A DNA stretch of 64,000 nt. Origin: Monocercomonoides exilis PA203. Its lineage: Eukaryota > Protista > Preaxostyla. The notes beneath the pieces were generated by a model. That model ran no database searches. It saw only the letters and a list, made by a program, of their open reading frames with translations, and had not been told where the DNA came from. Location: the NCBI GenBank assembly GCA_001643675.2, contig LSRY02000031.1:1054001-1118000 (forward strand). The letters are read 5' to 3'. The position numbers were made by a program, and so were the translations under genes. This document shows positions 49,500 to 61,370 of this stretch, in pieces (position 1 is the first letter of the stretch; the number at the start of each line of letters is the position of its first letter).

Positions 49500-52400
49500 C
49501 TAGGCTTCAGCTGAAATATCTGAAGACTGTTCAAATTGTTTTCCGAAAGTGATGGTAGTTGTTTGTTGCATTGTTCCGATTGAAATGTTCTTTGATTGCA
49601 GTCGTTGGACCTTCTCCTTCCTAAAGTTCTCGTCCGAAAGTTGTAATTCAGGGCTCTGAGGGAGAAGCATATGAGCCATTTGACTTGCCAGGTTCGTTTT
49701 GAAGTAGGATTTTAACGGTGTGTGTGCTGTTGTGGACAATCGCGCAAATCTTGCCACGCAGGTCTCAGGAATACCTTCTGTTGACAATTTCGAGATAGTT
49801 GCATGTTTAATGGTGTACGGGCGAAATTCTTCTGGAACTCCTGCCCTCATCATCCCAAACTTTGCCAATTTGCGAATCCCACTGGGAGTCAAAGGAGTGT
49901 GAGTTGTCTTGTTGAGCAGAAATGTGTCTCTTTTTTCGTAAGTTGTTCTCACCCGATCCCACAGACAACGAATCGCTCTGGCAGGACAAATGCGGATGTG
50001 TTCTTCCTGTAAGAAAGGAACAGTGATGAATTCTCTTGAGCGGGATGTCTTCAGTCTCGTTGAAAGATGGATTGCTTCTGTTTCCCAAATAGATTCAGAC
50101 ATGGATATTCGAGCGAGCTCACAGAATCGACATGCTGAAAACAACATAATTAATAGTATACATTTAACCGTGAGATCTAAAAACGGGAGTTGTTCATTAT
50201 TCAGTTCCCGGGAGTAAAAACCTGTGATAATGTCTGGACTCCACATGCTTGTGTATGGTTTCTTATGGGATTGAGAGAACGAAAAGGATCTGAATATTGT
50301 GTGGATAAGCGGGATATCGCCTATCTCCCTGCCATAAACTGTGCGAGAGAATAAAGAGATCGCTGACCGCATTGCGCATAATGAAGAATATGGAGTTCCT
50401 CTATCCTTCAAGGATAGAAAACAGACTGCGCATTTCTTTATCCACTCATCGAAACAACCCGGTATTTCACCCAATTGATTAGACTTCCACTCGATATGGA
50501 AATGAGCAAAACAGTTAATGTATTGATTCCACGTTACCTTGGATATGCTTTCCTCTGTAATCTTTCTGATCTTGTCAGGGACACCGCAGGCTCGAAGTCC
50601 TTCACTCCACCATCTCTCACCAACTCGTGCTACCATCCTATCCTTGCAGCCATACACGCCCCTGGAGGAAGTGCGGCTCCCAACTTCAACATTCCCGGTC
50701 CGGGGGAAAGGACGTCTCGAGAGCATTTCCAGATGAAGGAGCGAGTCATCAGTCTCGAAAGAAGGTTGCTCCAAATCTGATTCTTCCAAGCCGGAAGAAG
50801 AAAGATCGCTTTCGCTTTTTCCGATTCTGCTTTCCGAAGACATGGAAGAATCAGTGGAATAGGGGGATGAATGAGAAGAATTCCTTTTCCCCAATTTGGA
50901 TGAAGGCCGTCCTGTGCTAGCCTGCTTCCTGGCCCATACCAAATCTCCTTCTTTTTGTTTGTGGCGTTTGCGAAAGCGTCTATCTCTGTTTGAGCTCCAA
51001 GAAGAGTCTCTGCTTGTTGAAGACGATGAGTCAGGATCGAGTAATCTCCTGCGATTGCCAACCTTGACAATGCGTCTGCTGCCGTATTCTTCTCCCCTGG
51101 GATGTGTAACGCTGTGACTGTGAGGTTCATTGCTTGACATAACGATCGTATTTTCCTGAGGAGTGGAAGGAGATTCCGGCAAGCATTCCATCTGTTGACG
51201 TTGAAGACAACACATGTGTTGTCCGATCTGAGAAGAAATTTGCTCACGTGATTTTTCAGAATCAATAAGGAAAATCTGTTGAGTGCCAATAAAACAGCCA
51301 GGAGTTCCTTGAAGTTTGAGGTTTGGAGTTGATCTTTCATTGAAAATTGACTGGAAAAATGATATGTTTCTCCTCCAACTGATAGTGTGGCTCCGCAAGC
51401 GTGGGGCGAAGCGTCTGTCGTAAGGACTGCGTCTGGAGGAGAGAATCCCATTAGGGGTCTGGAAAATCGGGCACTCAGCCTTTTTATCCAAACCTCCATT
51501 TCCCTCTTTATACTGTAGTTTAGACGAAAGGAACTGTCCCATCCATCTTTTCGAACTTGCCTGTTGAGGATTTTGAAAAATTCGTCCATGTACATTGAGG
51601 CGTCCTTGTACACAAAGCGAATGACGCTTAGCTGCCCTATAAACGAGGCCAGATCTCTTGTCTTGACAGTCTTTAACTTTCTCAATCTCTTCATCCATTT
51701 TATACAATCCTTCTTCAGCTCCCTGCGTCGCTGTTGCTCCAATGATACAGTCATATTGCTTGTATCCCATGTCCATCCGAGGTAGTTGAAGACCTTCTTG
51801 GGAGCTATCTCGCTTTTCTCCCTGTTGATGATCATCCCGAGCTGTTGAAGCCACTCGACTATTTCTTGAGTTGCTTGCGTGAGTGCTTCCTTGTTCTCGT
51901 GAAGCAGTAGGATATCGTCGACGTATGAAACGCATCTTATGCTCCATCTCCTTCGGATTTCCTTCGTAACCTTTCTCATTAATTTTGTGAAAATTCGCGG
52001 TGCATCCTTTAGCCCAAATGGCATGCCTTTGAATCCGTAGTATTTTCCTTCGAATGTGAAAGCCAAATATGGTGTGAATGTCTTGTGAATTGGGATTAGA
52101 AAGTACGCCTGTGATAAGTCGAGGGAAGTGGCGTAGTCGTCTTAGAGGAGCAGTTTCTCCACTGTTCGCTGATCTTCCATTTTGAAGTGAATATCTTTCA
52201 GGGCAGCATTCAGGGGCCGGCAGTCGAGTATTTGTCTGTAGCTTCCGTTCTTCTTCTCTATAAAGAACACATTGCTTAAGCAGCGGACCTCCTCTCTTCT
52301 TAACTCTCGTAAAATGTCTGTTTTTAAGCCTTCCGCAATCCATTCCGCACATGCCCTCCTCTCTTTCGGACCGCCTATAAAGCCTTTGCCCATGTCTTTC

Positions 52401-52520
52401 TCTCGTATCAGCCTGTCTCTTGCTTTCTTCCCCTTCCATACCGGGAGAACTCCGTTCGCTACACAATTGGAGACACCGATCTTCTTCCACTCTTTGGCAA
52501 AGGCTTGTGTCCTGCCCCAT
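49500..52520 (-). CDS. DIRS tyrosine recombinase ORF (1006 aa), overlapping pol
   Basis: SACRFCEL, RLKT, ICPARAI, YTIKHAT and KSYF in the C-terminal part; the N-terminal ~630 codons overlap RT/RH/MT in another frame. Confidence 0.85.
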   Translation of the reverse strand: MGQDTSLCQRVEEDRCLQLCSERSSPGMEGEESKRQADTRERHGQRLYRRSEREEGMCGMDCGRLKNRHFTRVKKRGGPLLKQCVLYREEERKLQTNTRLPAPECCPERYSLQNGRSANSGETAPLRRLRHFPRLITGVLSNPNSQDIHTIFGFHIRRKILRIQRHAIWAKGCTANFHKINEKGYEGNPKEMEHKMRFIRRRYPTASREQGSTHASNSRNSRVASTARDDHQQGEKRDSSQEGLQLPRMDMGYKQYDCIIGATATQGAEEGLYKMDEEIEKVKDCQDKRSGLVYRAAKRHSLCVQGRLNVHGRIFQNPQQASSKRWMGQFLSSKLQYKEGNGGLDKKAECPIFQTPNGILSSRRSPYDRRFAPRLRSHTISWRRNISFFQSIFNERSTPNLKLQGTPGCFIGTQQIFLIDSEKSREQISSQIGQHMCCLQRQQMECLPESPSTPQENTIVMSSNEPHSHSVTHPRGEEYGSRRIVKVGNRRRLLDPDSSSSTSRDSSWSSNRDRRFRKRHKQKEGDLVWARKQASTGRPSSKLGKRNSSHSSPYSTDSSMSSESRIGKSESDLSSSGLEESDLEQPSFETDDSLLHLEMLSRRPFPRTGNVEVGSRTSSRGVYGCKDRMVARVGERWWSEGLRACGVPDKIRKITEESISKVTWNQYINCFAHFHIEWKSNQLGEIPGCFDEWIKKCAVCFLSLKDRGTPYSSLCAMRSAISLFSRTVYGREIGDIPLIHTIFRSFSFSQSHKKPYTSMWSPDIITGFYSRELNNEQLPFLDLTVKCILLIMLFSACRFCELARISMSESIWETEAIHLSTRLKTSRSREFITVPFLQEEHIRICPARAIRCLWDRVRTTYEKRDTFLLNKTTHTPLTPSGIRKLAKFGMMRAGVPEEFRPYTIKHATISKLSTEGIPETCVARFARLSTTAHTPLKSYFKTNLASQMAHMLLPQSPELQLSDENFRKEKVQRLQSKNISIGTMQQTTTITFGKQFEQSSDISAEA

Positions 52521-53317
52521 ATTTTCTCCGAAAAAAAATGTTTGCGCTGCTCTTCAAATCCAGTTTTCTTAGTGCTGAAATTTTGTGCTCTTTGTCTCCT
52601 GGGCCGTTGCGCCAGTCTCCCTTGACGTGCTGATTGGAGTTTAGACGAGTTGGCTTGTAATATTGGCTTTATACGTTCAAGCTGTTCCGGTGTGAGAAGA
52701 GGATCAACAGCATCTTCCTTTAGTGATCTCGCTGCAGCGAATCCGTACTTTGCCTGTATGCGCATATGCCTTGCTGCCTGAAGTGCTGCAGTGATGAACA
52801 TTATTGATTCTTCCAAATGTTCGGAGGGTTCGCCCACTGCGTTGTGAGCTGCCAACAGTGTGGCTTTAAGTGCGGGGATCAAGAACATTTCAACGTTATA
52901 AGCTCCTTCATCAAGGGCGTCTGAAATCCAACTGCGCGAGCGTGAATGTGGGTGTGTAGAAGATGGAATGAAAGGTGAGGCTGAAATTGGCTCGTATTCC
53001 CTCATTGTTTGCTCCAGATCTCCTTGGTTTAAATGGTAGTTAAAAACTGAGGATACACATCTATCCCCGAAGATCTCTGAAATAGCCTGTTGAAGCGGCT
53101 GAGTGGATCCTTCTGACGGGATAGCATCCATAGCGTTCGATGCTGAAGAGGAGGATGAGGACGAAGAAGATGTCGATGCAAACGTCGCGGAGTGTAGCTC
53201 TCCTGTACTCATCGTTGGTGCGGAGATGGGGTATGCCATGCCCATGCCGCCTGTTGGTCCGCTTTGCGGAAACATCCCGCTTAGTCCCGACGCAGGTCCT
53301 TCCAACGAAGTTGACAT
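50630..53317 (-). CDS. DIRS gag-RT-RNaseH-MT polyprotein frame with one in-frame TAA (52142-44)
   Basis: ORFs 52142-53317 and 50630-52066 share one frame; the junction reads FKMEDQRTVEKLLL*DDYATSLDLSQAY...GMPFGL...YVDD. Confidence 0.88.
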
Positions 53318-53325
53318 TTTCTAAT

Positions 53326-53428
53326 TTTGTGATCGACTGAGCCCTTAATAAAGGAGCTCACTCCATAAATAAAGAGGTGTTGTAGATTACGGTTTTTCTT
53401 AAGAATTAATGTGCTGCGCACTTTAATT
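53326..53428. repeat. DIRS 5' terminal repeat
   Basis: Inverse of 48838-48899, plus a 5'-unique part that is copied in the ICR. Confidence 0.9.
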
Positions 53429-54339
53429 GTCGATCATTTTGTTCCCATCAATTATTTTTATAAATTCTTCATTTGTATTTATTTAAAATATCATCGAATA
53501 TAAAGTTTCAAAAAGATCTATTTCACAAAATTTTTGAATTAACTTTTCATATTTGATTAAAAAAATAAACTTTTAGTTGTTATTTGTTGCAAACACTTAT
53601 TTCCATTAATTTTTGCCTTTTTTGTTTCATCCATTTGAAAAGACATTTTGATTTTTTGAACTTTCATAAACATTTCATTATTTCAAAGAGTTGAAAAAAC
53701 GAAAAGGTGAAAAGTCGTATGTCTTGTGTTATTTTTTGCAAGTTAATGATAAAGAGAATTCAAACGTAATAATACTCATGAAATAAAAATTATATTCTAG
53801 AATTAAAACAAATTAATTGATAACTTGTGTTTATGTAAAATCTAATATATCTGCAATGCCAACATCAAAAGGCTTGAAATAAAAAACTCAAAATGATATT
53901 AATCATTTTTTGAATTTAATGACGAATCACATCTTTTGTGGAGGAAAATTTCTCTTTTGCTATTTTCTTATCTTTTTCTTTTAACTTTTAGACATTACAA
54001 GGAGAAGAAATGGTTTAATAGTTCTTATCGCACAAAAACGGTGAGCAATGGCTGATGATCGATATATCTGATCCTGACATAAATGAAGTGTTTCTGTAAT
54101 TGAAAGAGCTACCGATTGACGTTTTGGAGTATTTGAAAAAGCTTCTTGAGGTTGATCCTTCACCAAAGTCTTCGCTTCACTCTGCGCCTTTATTATTTTC
54201 TCCATCTTCATCTTCTTCTTCAACTGGAGCATAACTCAAATTTGGCTCTGCAATCTAGATGTTGAGAAGAAAAGAGAAGAATGCAACAGGTGTAATAAAT
54301 CATCCGTATCTTCATCAGCACCTGCGATTTATCCATCGG

Positions 54340-56800
54340 ATGCCTCGGCTGCGGTGGCATCATTCATATCTGCAGGAGCGATGGATAACATCAAGATACG
54401 ACTGCGAATTTTGGTGCCTAAGGCGGCTGAGGTGTATGCACGGAACAAGCAGATGCTGCTGCAGAAACTGCTGGGTTATTTTGTGGCGCTGTTGGCGGTG
54501 CTGTTTTGGGCCGTTGTATGCGCCTCTGATGTGGTGCTTTCGGTGATGCTTTCTATTGTGCTGGTTGCTCCGCTTCCTTCAATTGATGAATCGCTGTTGA
54601 TGAAGTCGGGAAACAAAAATGTCTTTGTTGTGTAAGTGTGGATGCGTTCCCATCGATCTACAAATCTTTTTAGTCCGTAGCTGCTTCCGTTGGAGACAGC
54701 ATGGCTGGTTTTGCAATCAATGAAGTCGAGGAGCGTTGTGATGACGAATAAGATGAAAGAGGAAGTGATGCGGCTAGTGTTTGCAGTGAACAAAGTGCTG
54801 GAAAAGTTTGGGAGATGACGCTGGAGGCGGAAAGGTTGAAGATGGAGTATGTCATTCAGGTGATAAAAGCGATTGTGCTGGTTGTTCTAGAGAAGTGAGA
54901 AGAAGCAATAGAAGCAGAAGAAGGGGAAGAAGAAGGATAAGAGTGAGGAGGAGAAGAAGAAGAAAAGAAAAAAAAACATGTAGTGGTGAAACAGGAGACG
55001 GATAAGAAGTTCATGGAGTTCAACATGAGGATGCATTATATTTGAAATGATAAGAGGCTTTTGAAGGTGACGAGTGACTAAAAGAGTTGTGTGAGGGAAT
55101 GGCAATCTCATCCAGATGTGTGATTGGAAGATTCTTCAGCTGAGCGAGAAGTGCAATGAATAGGTGAAGGAGCTGCAGGTCAGTATGTTGCGATTATGAG
55201 AATGTTGAACTGAGTGTTGTTGGGATTTCGAATGAAAAGAAACGCATGATGCAACAGGGCGAGGTTGTGAGTGTGGATGGCAAGTTGAAGCTTGTGGGTT
55301 GGGGGTTACACTTTTCATATCTTCTTCGTTGGTTTCTCTGTGCGAGAAGTGATGGTTCTGTTTTATTTCGTTAATTCTTCAGTCGCATCTATGTGAAAAA
55401 TTCCAGTAGATGTTTTCAGCGAGCATAGGAGATTGCAGCGCTGTGATGTTCGACACAAACTCGAGCTGGAAGTGGGTTAATGTGAAAATGGGGAGCGGAG
55501 TGAGTGTTGAAGGAGAAGCAAGCAGCGGTGGAGCAGAAAACGCAGGTGATAGTGATGGAGGATGAATGGACACAACTGTGAAGCAGAAGATGAACCAGAT
55601 AAAGAATGAAACGAAGATTCTGATAAAGCAACTGAAAGAACACGTACAAACAACAAGCAAGTCAAAGTTTCCATTCAAGGATGAGATTTAGAAGAAGAAC
55701 TCAGAGATTGCGCAAAAGAAGCAGAAGCAGAAGCAGAAGATAGCAAATCAGTTCAAAATGTGATGATCTGCAAGGAAGAAGCTTTTCTTGTTGAACTTTG
55801 CAGAGACGTGGCTGTTTGGGGAATTTGTGAGGGAGGAGTTCAAATAAAACGAGCTGTCGTTCTTCTTGTTCTTCAGCATTGTGCTTGAAAGGGCAGTGGA
55901 GAAGAAAATAAAGATGTTTTTTGGTGGAGTTTGAGAAGATACAGTCAAAGATGGAAATGGAAGACTCATGTGTGTTTCTGCAAATTCTGATGAATAACAG
56001 CTGGGCAGAAGTTAAGATGAAGAAAGGAGGAGATGAAGGTGCTGTGTGATGTCAAATGTTCTGGAAATGCATGGACTTCTTCATTTTTTCCATCAGTGGC
56101 AGCTTTCAGAGGAATTGTGTTTGGAGAACTGGAATCTCTTCTGTGTGTGCTATCCGCAAACTCCAAAGGCGCTGTCGCTGCGGATCTTCCGGGATGCGTA
56201 CCGGCTGTCAGGCTGCTGTCTTCTATCGTTTGCGTCTGTGCTGGAGGCGTGCCAGCCTAACAACTTCATCGAGCTATTCCTGCGACAACGAGACATGCTT
56301 GCTTCAACCGATGGACAAGTGTTTCTATCACTTTTATAGAACGGTGCAGCTGCGGAGACTGTGAAATGACACATGGCGCTGCTGAATCTGGAGCTAGATG
56401 ACCGCGTGCGGGTGCTTTTGGGGCTGTCGGCAGGTGCTGAGCTGAAGCTGTGCGTGAAGGCTGTATAGTCGGTGGTGGAGAAGAAAGAAGGCTGTGAGCT
56501 TTGTTCCGGATGTTGCGGCTGCTGGTGAAGTTGGTGGGGATGCAGTGGAGGAGGAATGAGGTTGAAGTGGCGAACTGCTTTAGGATGCTGCTGTGATACG
56601 GGAAAGGTGTGGTGCAGTTCCACGAGGAGATTGCGTGGCAGAGGGAGGACGAAGGAGGAGATGACTTTCCTTTATCTTCTGCTGCTGTTTCTTCTTCAGC
56701 ACAGCACAAGCAGGTCCCGAGCGAGAAAGAGTTAACGATCAACAACAAGCTGCTATCCTTTGAGTGTGCATTGTGTGTGATCGATCCTTCGATTTCGCAG
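54340..56800 (+). pseudogene. Heavily decayed coding-like region, family unidentified
   Basis: Higher GC with Leu/Val-rich helical-looking frames broken by many stops. Confidence 0.3.
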
Positions 56801-57299
56801 CCCAAATCGTCATCCGCGTTGTCTTCTTCTTCGAAACCTTTTTCTTTTTCTTCTTGTTTCATTTGAATCATCTTTTTCTAATTGCCCATGTCTTCTTTTA
56901 AAGAATTTCTTGAAATGAACAAACATTTCACTAATCTTGAAAACATGTGGTTTTTTAAAATGCATTATAGAATAATGTGCATTTTTGAGAGAAGAAGAAG
57001 AACAAGATGAATAAGATGAGGAAGAAGATGATGATAGAGGAATTTGTCTGTCTTCTTCTTGTTGCATAGGAACAGAAGCACTGCTGCTTGGATGCTCAAA
57101 ATGAGGCTAACTCCCGACATTCAATGCATGTGAAGCAGACTATTGTGAAGATAGCGAAGAAGGAGAAGAAGAAGAAGACTGAGAAGAAACCACAAAATTT
57201 GTTAAAATGTTGCTTGAAATGGATTGTCCCTGCGAATGACACTCGATAAAAAAAGGCTGTTGTCTGTGAGAAAAAAAAGTTATAAAAAAGATATAAAAA

Positions 57300-57890
57300 T
57301 AGTTAGTTTTGCATTGATTCAAAAAATTCATCAAAAGAAGGCACCTAACCTTTTAATCACAAATGCAGAGGATTGCCCAATCACTAATGCCGTCAATCTC
57401 CTTTTCGATTGTTTCCCAGCGCTCCTTTTTCCATAATCCTTTATCCAAACATTAATGTCTTGCTTTTAGATGTTGTCGACAATTTTTTTCAGAAAAAAAT
57501 ATCTCGAATTTTCTTCTTTCCTAATGCTGCCCAATTGTTGATATTCTTCTTCAATTTCCTCTCAACAAAATGCTCAGAAATCGAAATGTTTTCATCTCCT
57601 CTCTAAACTGAATACAAATAATTTGCAATTCCCTTCTGCTGATTGACTCTCTCCATCCAACTCGCTTCAAATGTTCTGCTCAGAAAAAAAAATGCCGTTT
57701 ATACAATTTATCAGATTCTTGCACTTTGAAAATATGATTTATAAAATTATCTTCTCAACGAACAAGAACAATTAAAAATGCATACATCATAATGATCATA
57801 TGTTATTTTGGAAAATGTATTTCCTTTAAAGATGCTTTTCTTCTAAATCATCTCGCCCAATTCCATCATCAAATCCCCGACGTCGCTAAC
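57300..57890 (-). repeat. Dispersed degenerate gene-fragment repeat, copy B
   Basis: Homologous to 34340-34920 in the opposite orientation. Confidence 0.65.
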
Positions 57891-59309
57891 CTTGTTTCTG
57901 AGGAAAATTATATCTTCTATCCCACATAGAATGTTCATTATCCTTTCTCTTATCCGGTCAATAAACTTTCATGGAAAAAAGATAACTGAATAATCAAATA
58001 AGCCATAACATTTTTTCCAAAAAAATTATATATAGAAAACCATTCGATCTTTTGAATGTTATAAATTCAAAATAAATCCCTCTTTCGATTTTTCAATTAA
58101 TTTTTTAAATGAAAATTTTAAAACAACAAAAAAAATTACTCATGAAAGATCAACGATGCAACGATTTTATGATCTCATAAAAAATCACCCATATCTTTAA
58201 ACTGTGTTGTTAATTATTTATTTGCAAAAATAAAAAATGATTTCACAAATACAATCGATAACAATTCAAATAAAATTTTCATAAAATTTTTTATTTATTG
58301 AAAAACAAAAAAAGAGTGGATTTTTGAAATAAGCACATTTTTTGGTAATAATTTTTCTTTTTTAAACGAATGTTTGAGTTGCAAATATGCATAAACAACA
58401 AAAAATTTTTTTGTTGACCATTATGTTATCAATAATCAACAATCCACAACAAACTTTCAGAATAATTATTCTATTTCAAGAATAATAATTTTCCATAATA
58501 AAAAAATCTTTCCAAAAAAATTGTCAATAAATACAGATCATTTTGAAAATATAATTTTCAACATAACAATGAGATCGCACATACAGTCTAACCAGAGATA
58601 ATATTGTGTCAACTTTGAATATTCGATTGCTGTCAAATTCTTTTTGGGATATTTGTTTTTTATTCTTTTTTTATTAATTGTTATTTCACATAATCATTGG
58701 GAGTTATGTTATCGATCACTTTCTTTTTATTTTTAGTAGTTTTTTCAAAAATTTTTTAAAAACTCATAAATAATATCACAAAACTGAAAGAAAAATATAT
58801 TTATGTAGAAATACGAATATTCATCAAAATTTTTCAGAGTTGCTGTGAAGTTTTTAAACGATTTCCAAAAAAATACTCCAATAACAATGTGTGTGACATA
58901 TTTGTAACTTTAAATTATTTCTGTTAAATATTTCAGTTTAAATATTTGTTTTGTGTATTCCAAAATAAACACTGAAAAGTGATAGCACTGTTGAATTATT
59001 CATCTGCTTTTCTTTCACATCAAAATTTGACGTTCGAAATGTATATGATATGTTTATCGTTTGGATGAAAATTATTAGGCTTGATACGGAAAACAATTTG
59101 TTGACCTTCTTATAAAAAAAAGTTATGATTTGAAAATATTCACCAATGTCTTTTAGAACAATTTTCAAAATGAATGGTTTTAAATTGATTCATCCAAATT
59201 CGAGTTGAAGTTCCTTTCTGAAAAAAAAAGATGTATCCAAAATATTTTTTTTAAAATTGCCAGAGAGAGCAAAACATAGGGTGATACTTTTTATTTTGTT
59301 CGAAGCATT

Positions 59310-60350
59310 AAATATGGATAAAAAATAATTATCAATTTTTTTTGATATTTCAGAGTTTTTCACTTTGAAATGAATGAACTCTGAACAAGTATTTCTAAAA
59401 AATTAAAGATTGCATACTAAAAAAAAATACCGGATATTAGAACAATTCGTTCATGGAACATTAGAATTCAAAGGCGTATAAAAATGTTGATAAGATTCAC
59501 CGTGATTATGGCAGTCCATCCAATGAAGTGTTGATAAAGAAGATACTATAAGCAGTGGAAGAAAATCCTCATATTAGCTCCAGAGCGTTGGCAGAGCAAT
59601 TTAGTGTTGGAAAAACAACAATTTTAAGGACTCTTCATGAGAGATTACATTTTTATTCTTTCAAAATAAGGTGGGTTTCATTCGCACTGAATAATGATCA
59701 GAAAAAAATCCTTACACACATTGACTTCCAATTTCTAAAAAAAAATTGAAGATTTATAGAAAATGAAGTTTGAATAACTGATTACTGGAAATGAGTCCTT
59801 TAATGAAGTGGAATAATTTCGAATGTTAATGGAGAAAAGATAAATCGAAAGCGTCCACCATTACGAATTTCACATTTTCATATAAGAAATCAATGTTCAT
59901 TATTTTTTTTTCGGTTCACGTATTATTTTTTTTTTACAACATTCAATAAGAAAAACCAAAAGCGAATATTGAGAAAAATGAGAATTTTGTATTAAATCCG
60001 ATTAGTCAAATTCTGAAAAACATTTTTAAAGTTACTGCTGTGAATTTTTTAATTTATTTTGCCAATGCTCGTCCGCATTCAGCGGATATATCAAAGATCT
60101 TTGGGGAGGAGCATCATTTAAATATTCTTCCGCATTCTCCTTGTTTTCCTGATGTTGCGCCATGTGATTTATTCCTCTTCGGCTACATGAAGCAGGCTCT
60201 CAAAGAGGACAAAACACATAATTTTGAAGAATTTATAATAGAAAGAGAAAAAATGTTTTATTAGACATATTCAGATATGATTGTTCTCGCTATTGAAAGT
60301 GGGATTAAGCGTATGATGTTTTTTACAACTCATAATGGTTAGTATATAAT
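59310..60350 (+). pseudogene. Tc1/mariner transposase pseudogene
   Basis: HTH (ENPHISSRALAEQFSVGKTTI), WVSFAL (WVPxxL), ITGNES (TGDE), ANARPH (DNARPH) and PHSPCFPDVAPCDLFLF (HPPYSPDLAPxD); many stops. Confidence 0.88.
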
Positions 60351-60371
60351 GAATAATTTTTTTTGAATATA

Positions 60372-61370
60372 GGGTGATTTATAAACCCGAATATTATCAT
60401 AAATTCGGTTATTTTTTTTTGTTCGTTGAAACAGAATAAATACAACATAAAAATATTAAAAGCAAACATTTATTTATTTATTTAACAATTTTATAACAGC
60501 ACTAGAATTTTTTGTTTCAATTTTTGTTTCTGATGAAGATCTGAGGAATTTTTGATTTATTTTCGATTATTTGTTTTGCTTGTTTTTAACCAACTCTCTT
60601 TCTTTGTTTATTTTTAATTACAATGTCATAAAACATATATATTGACCTTTAATAATTCCAAATGTTCTATGTTTTTATCTTTTTTTTCGAATGTTTTTCA
60701 CATTTCATCATTTTTGACAGAAAGTGTGAAAATATGAAATTTTCGGAACTCATGTTTGATTCTTATAATTAATCACTATGATATCATGTAAATTAGATAA
60801 AAATGCATTGATAATCTTCATTATAAGTCATTTCAAATTAATTTGAAAACAAAATGAGCATTTTTATCATTTTCAAAAATTGATTTGTGTAATGAAAAAA
60901 ACAACATTTCAAAAAATTATAACACGGAAAACATTTATTCAAAACTTTTTCTTTTCATGCACATTATTTTTGATAAGTAAAATATATTGCACAGCTCATA
61001 ATTTTCATATTTTCACACTTTCTGTCAAAAATGATGAAATGTGAAAAACATTCGAAAAAAAAGATAAAAACATAGAACATTTGGAATTATTAAAGGTCAA
61101 TATATATGTTTTATGACATTGTAATTAAAAATAAACAAAGAAAGAGAGTTGGTTAAAAACAAGCAAAACAAATAATCGAAAATAAATCAAAAATTCCTCA
61201 GATCTTCATCAGAAACAAAAATTGAAACAAAAAATTCTAGTGCTGTTATAAAATTGTTAAATAAATAAATAAATGTTTGCTTTTAATATTTTTATGTTGT
61301 ATTTATTCTGTTTCAACGAACAAAAAAAAATAACCGAATTTATGATAATATTCGGGTTTATAAATCACCA
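60372..61370. mobile_element. ~1-kb foldback element: 368-bp arms, ~263-bp spacer, TA TSD
   Basis: Arms 60372-60739 and 61003-61370 are inverted and near-identical; TA at 60370-71 and 61371-72. Confidence 0.88.

Larger units (their letters stand above)
48818..53428 (-). mobile_element. DIRS1-like tyrosine-recombinase retrotransposon, structurally complete
   Basis: gag, RT (YVDD), RNase H (TTDAS, SDN, ADALSR), MT-like (IDAFA, HPP) and YR regions; inverted terminal repeats; internal complementary region; AATT at both ends. Confidence 0.95.

Noticed and set aside
2169-52144. TAA/TAG read as Gln (Streblomastix-type code), suggested by in-frame TAR codons in the USP relic, the DIRS RT and the YR tail
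   Set aside because: ORFs of 855-1146 codons contain no in-frame TAR and several genes end in TAA/TAG, so scattered nonsense mutations explain the cases.
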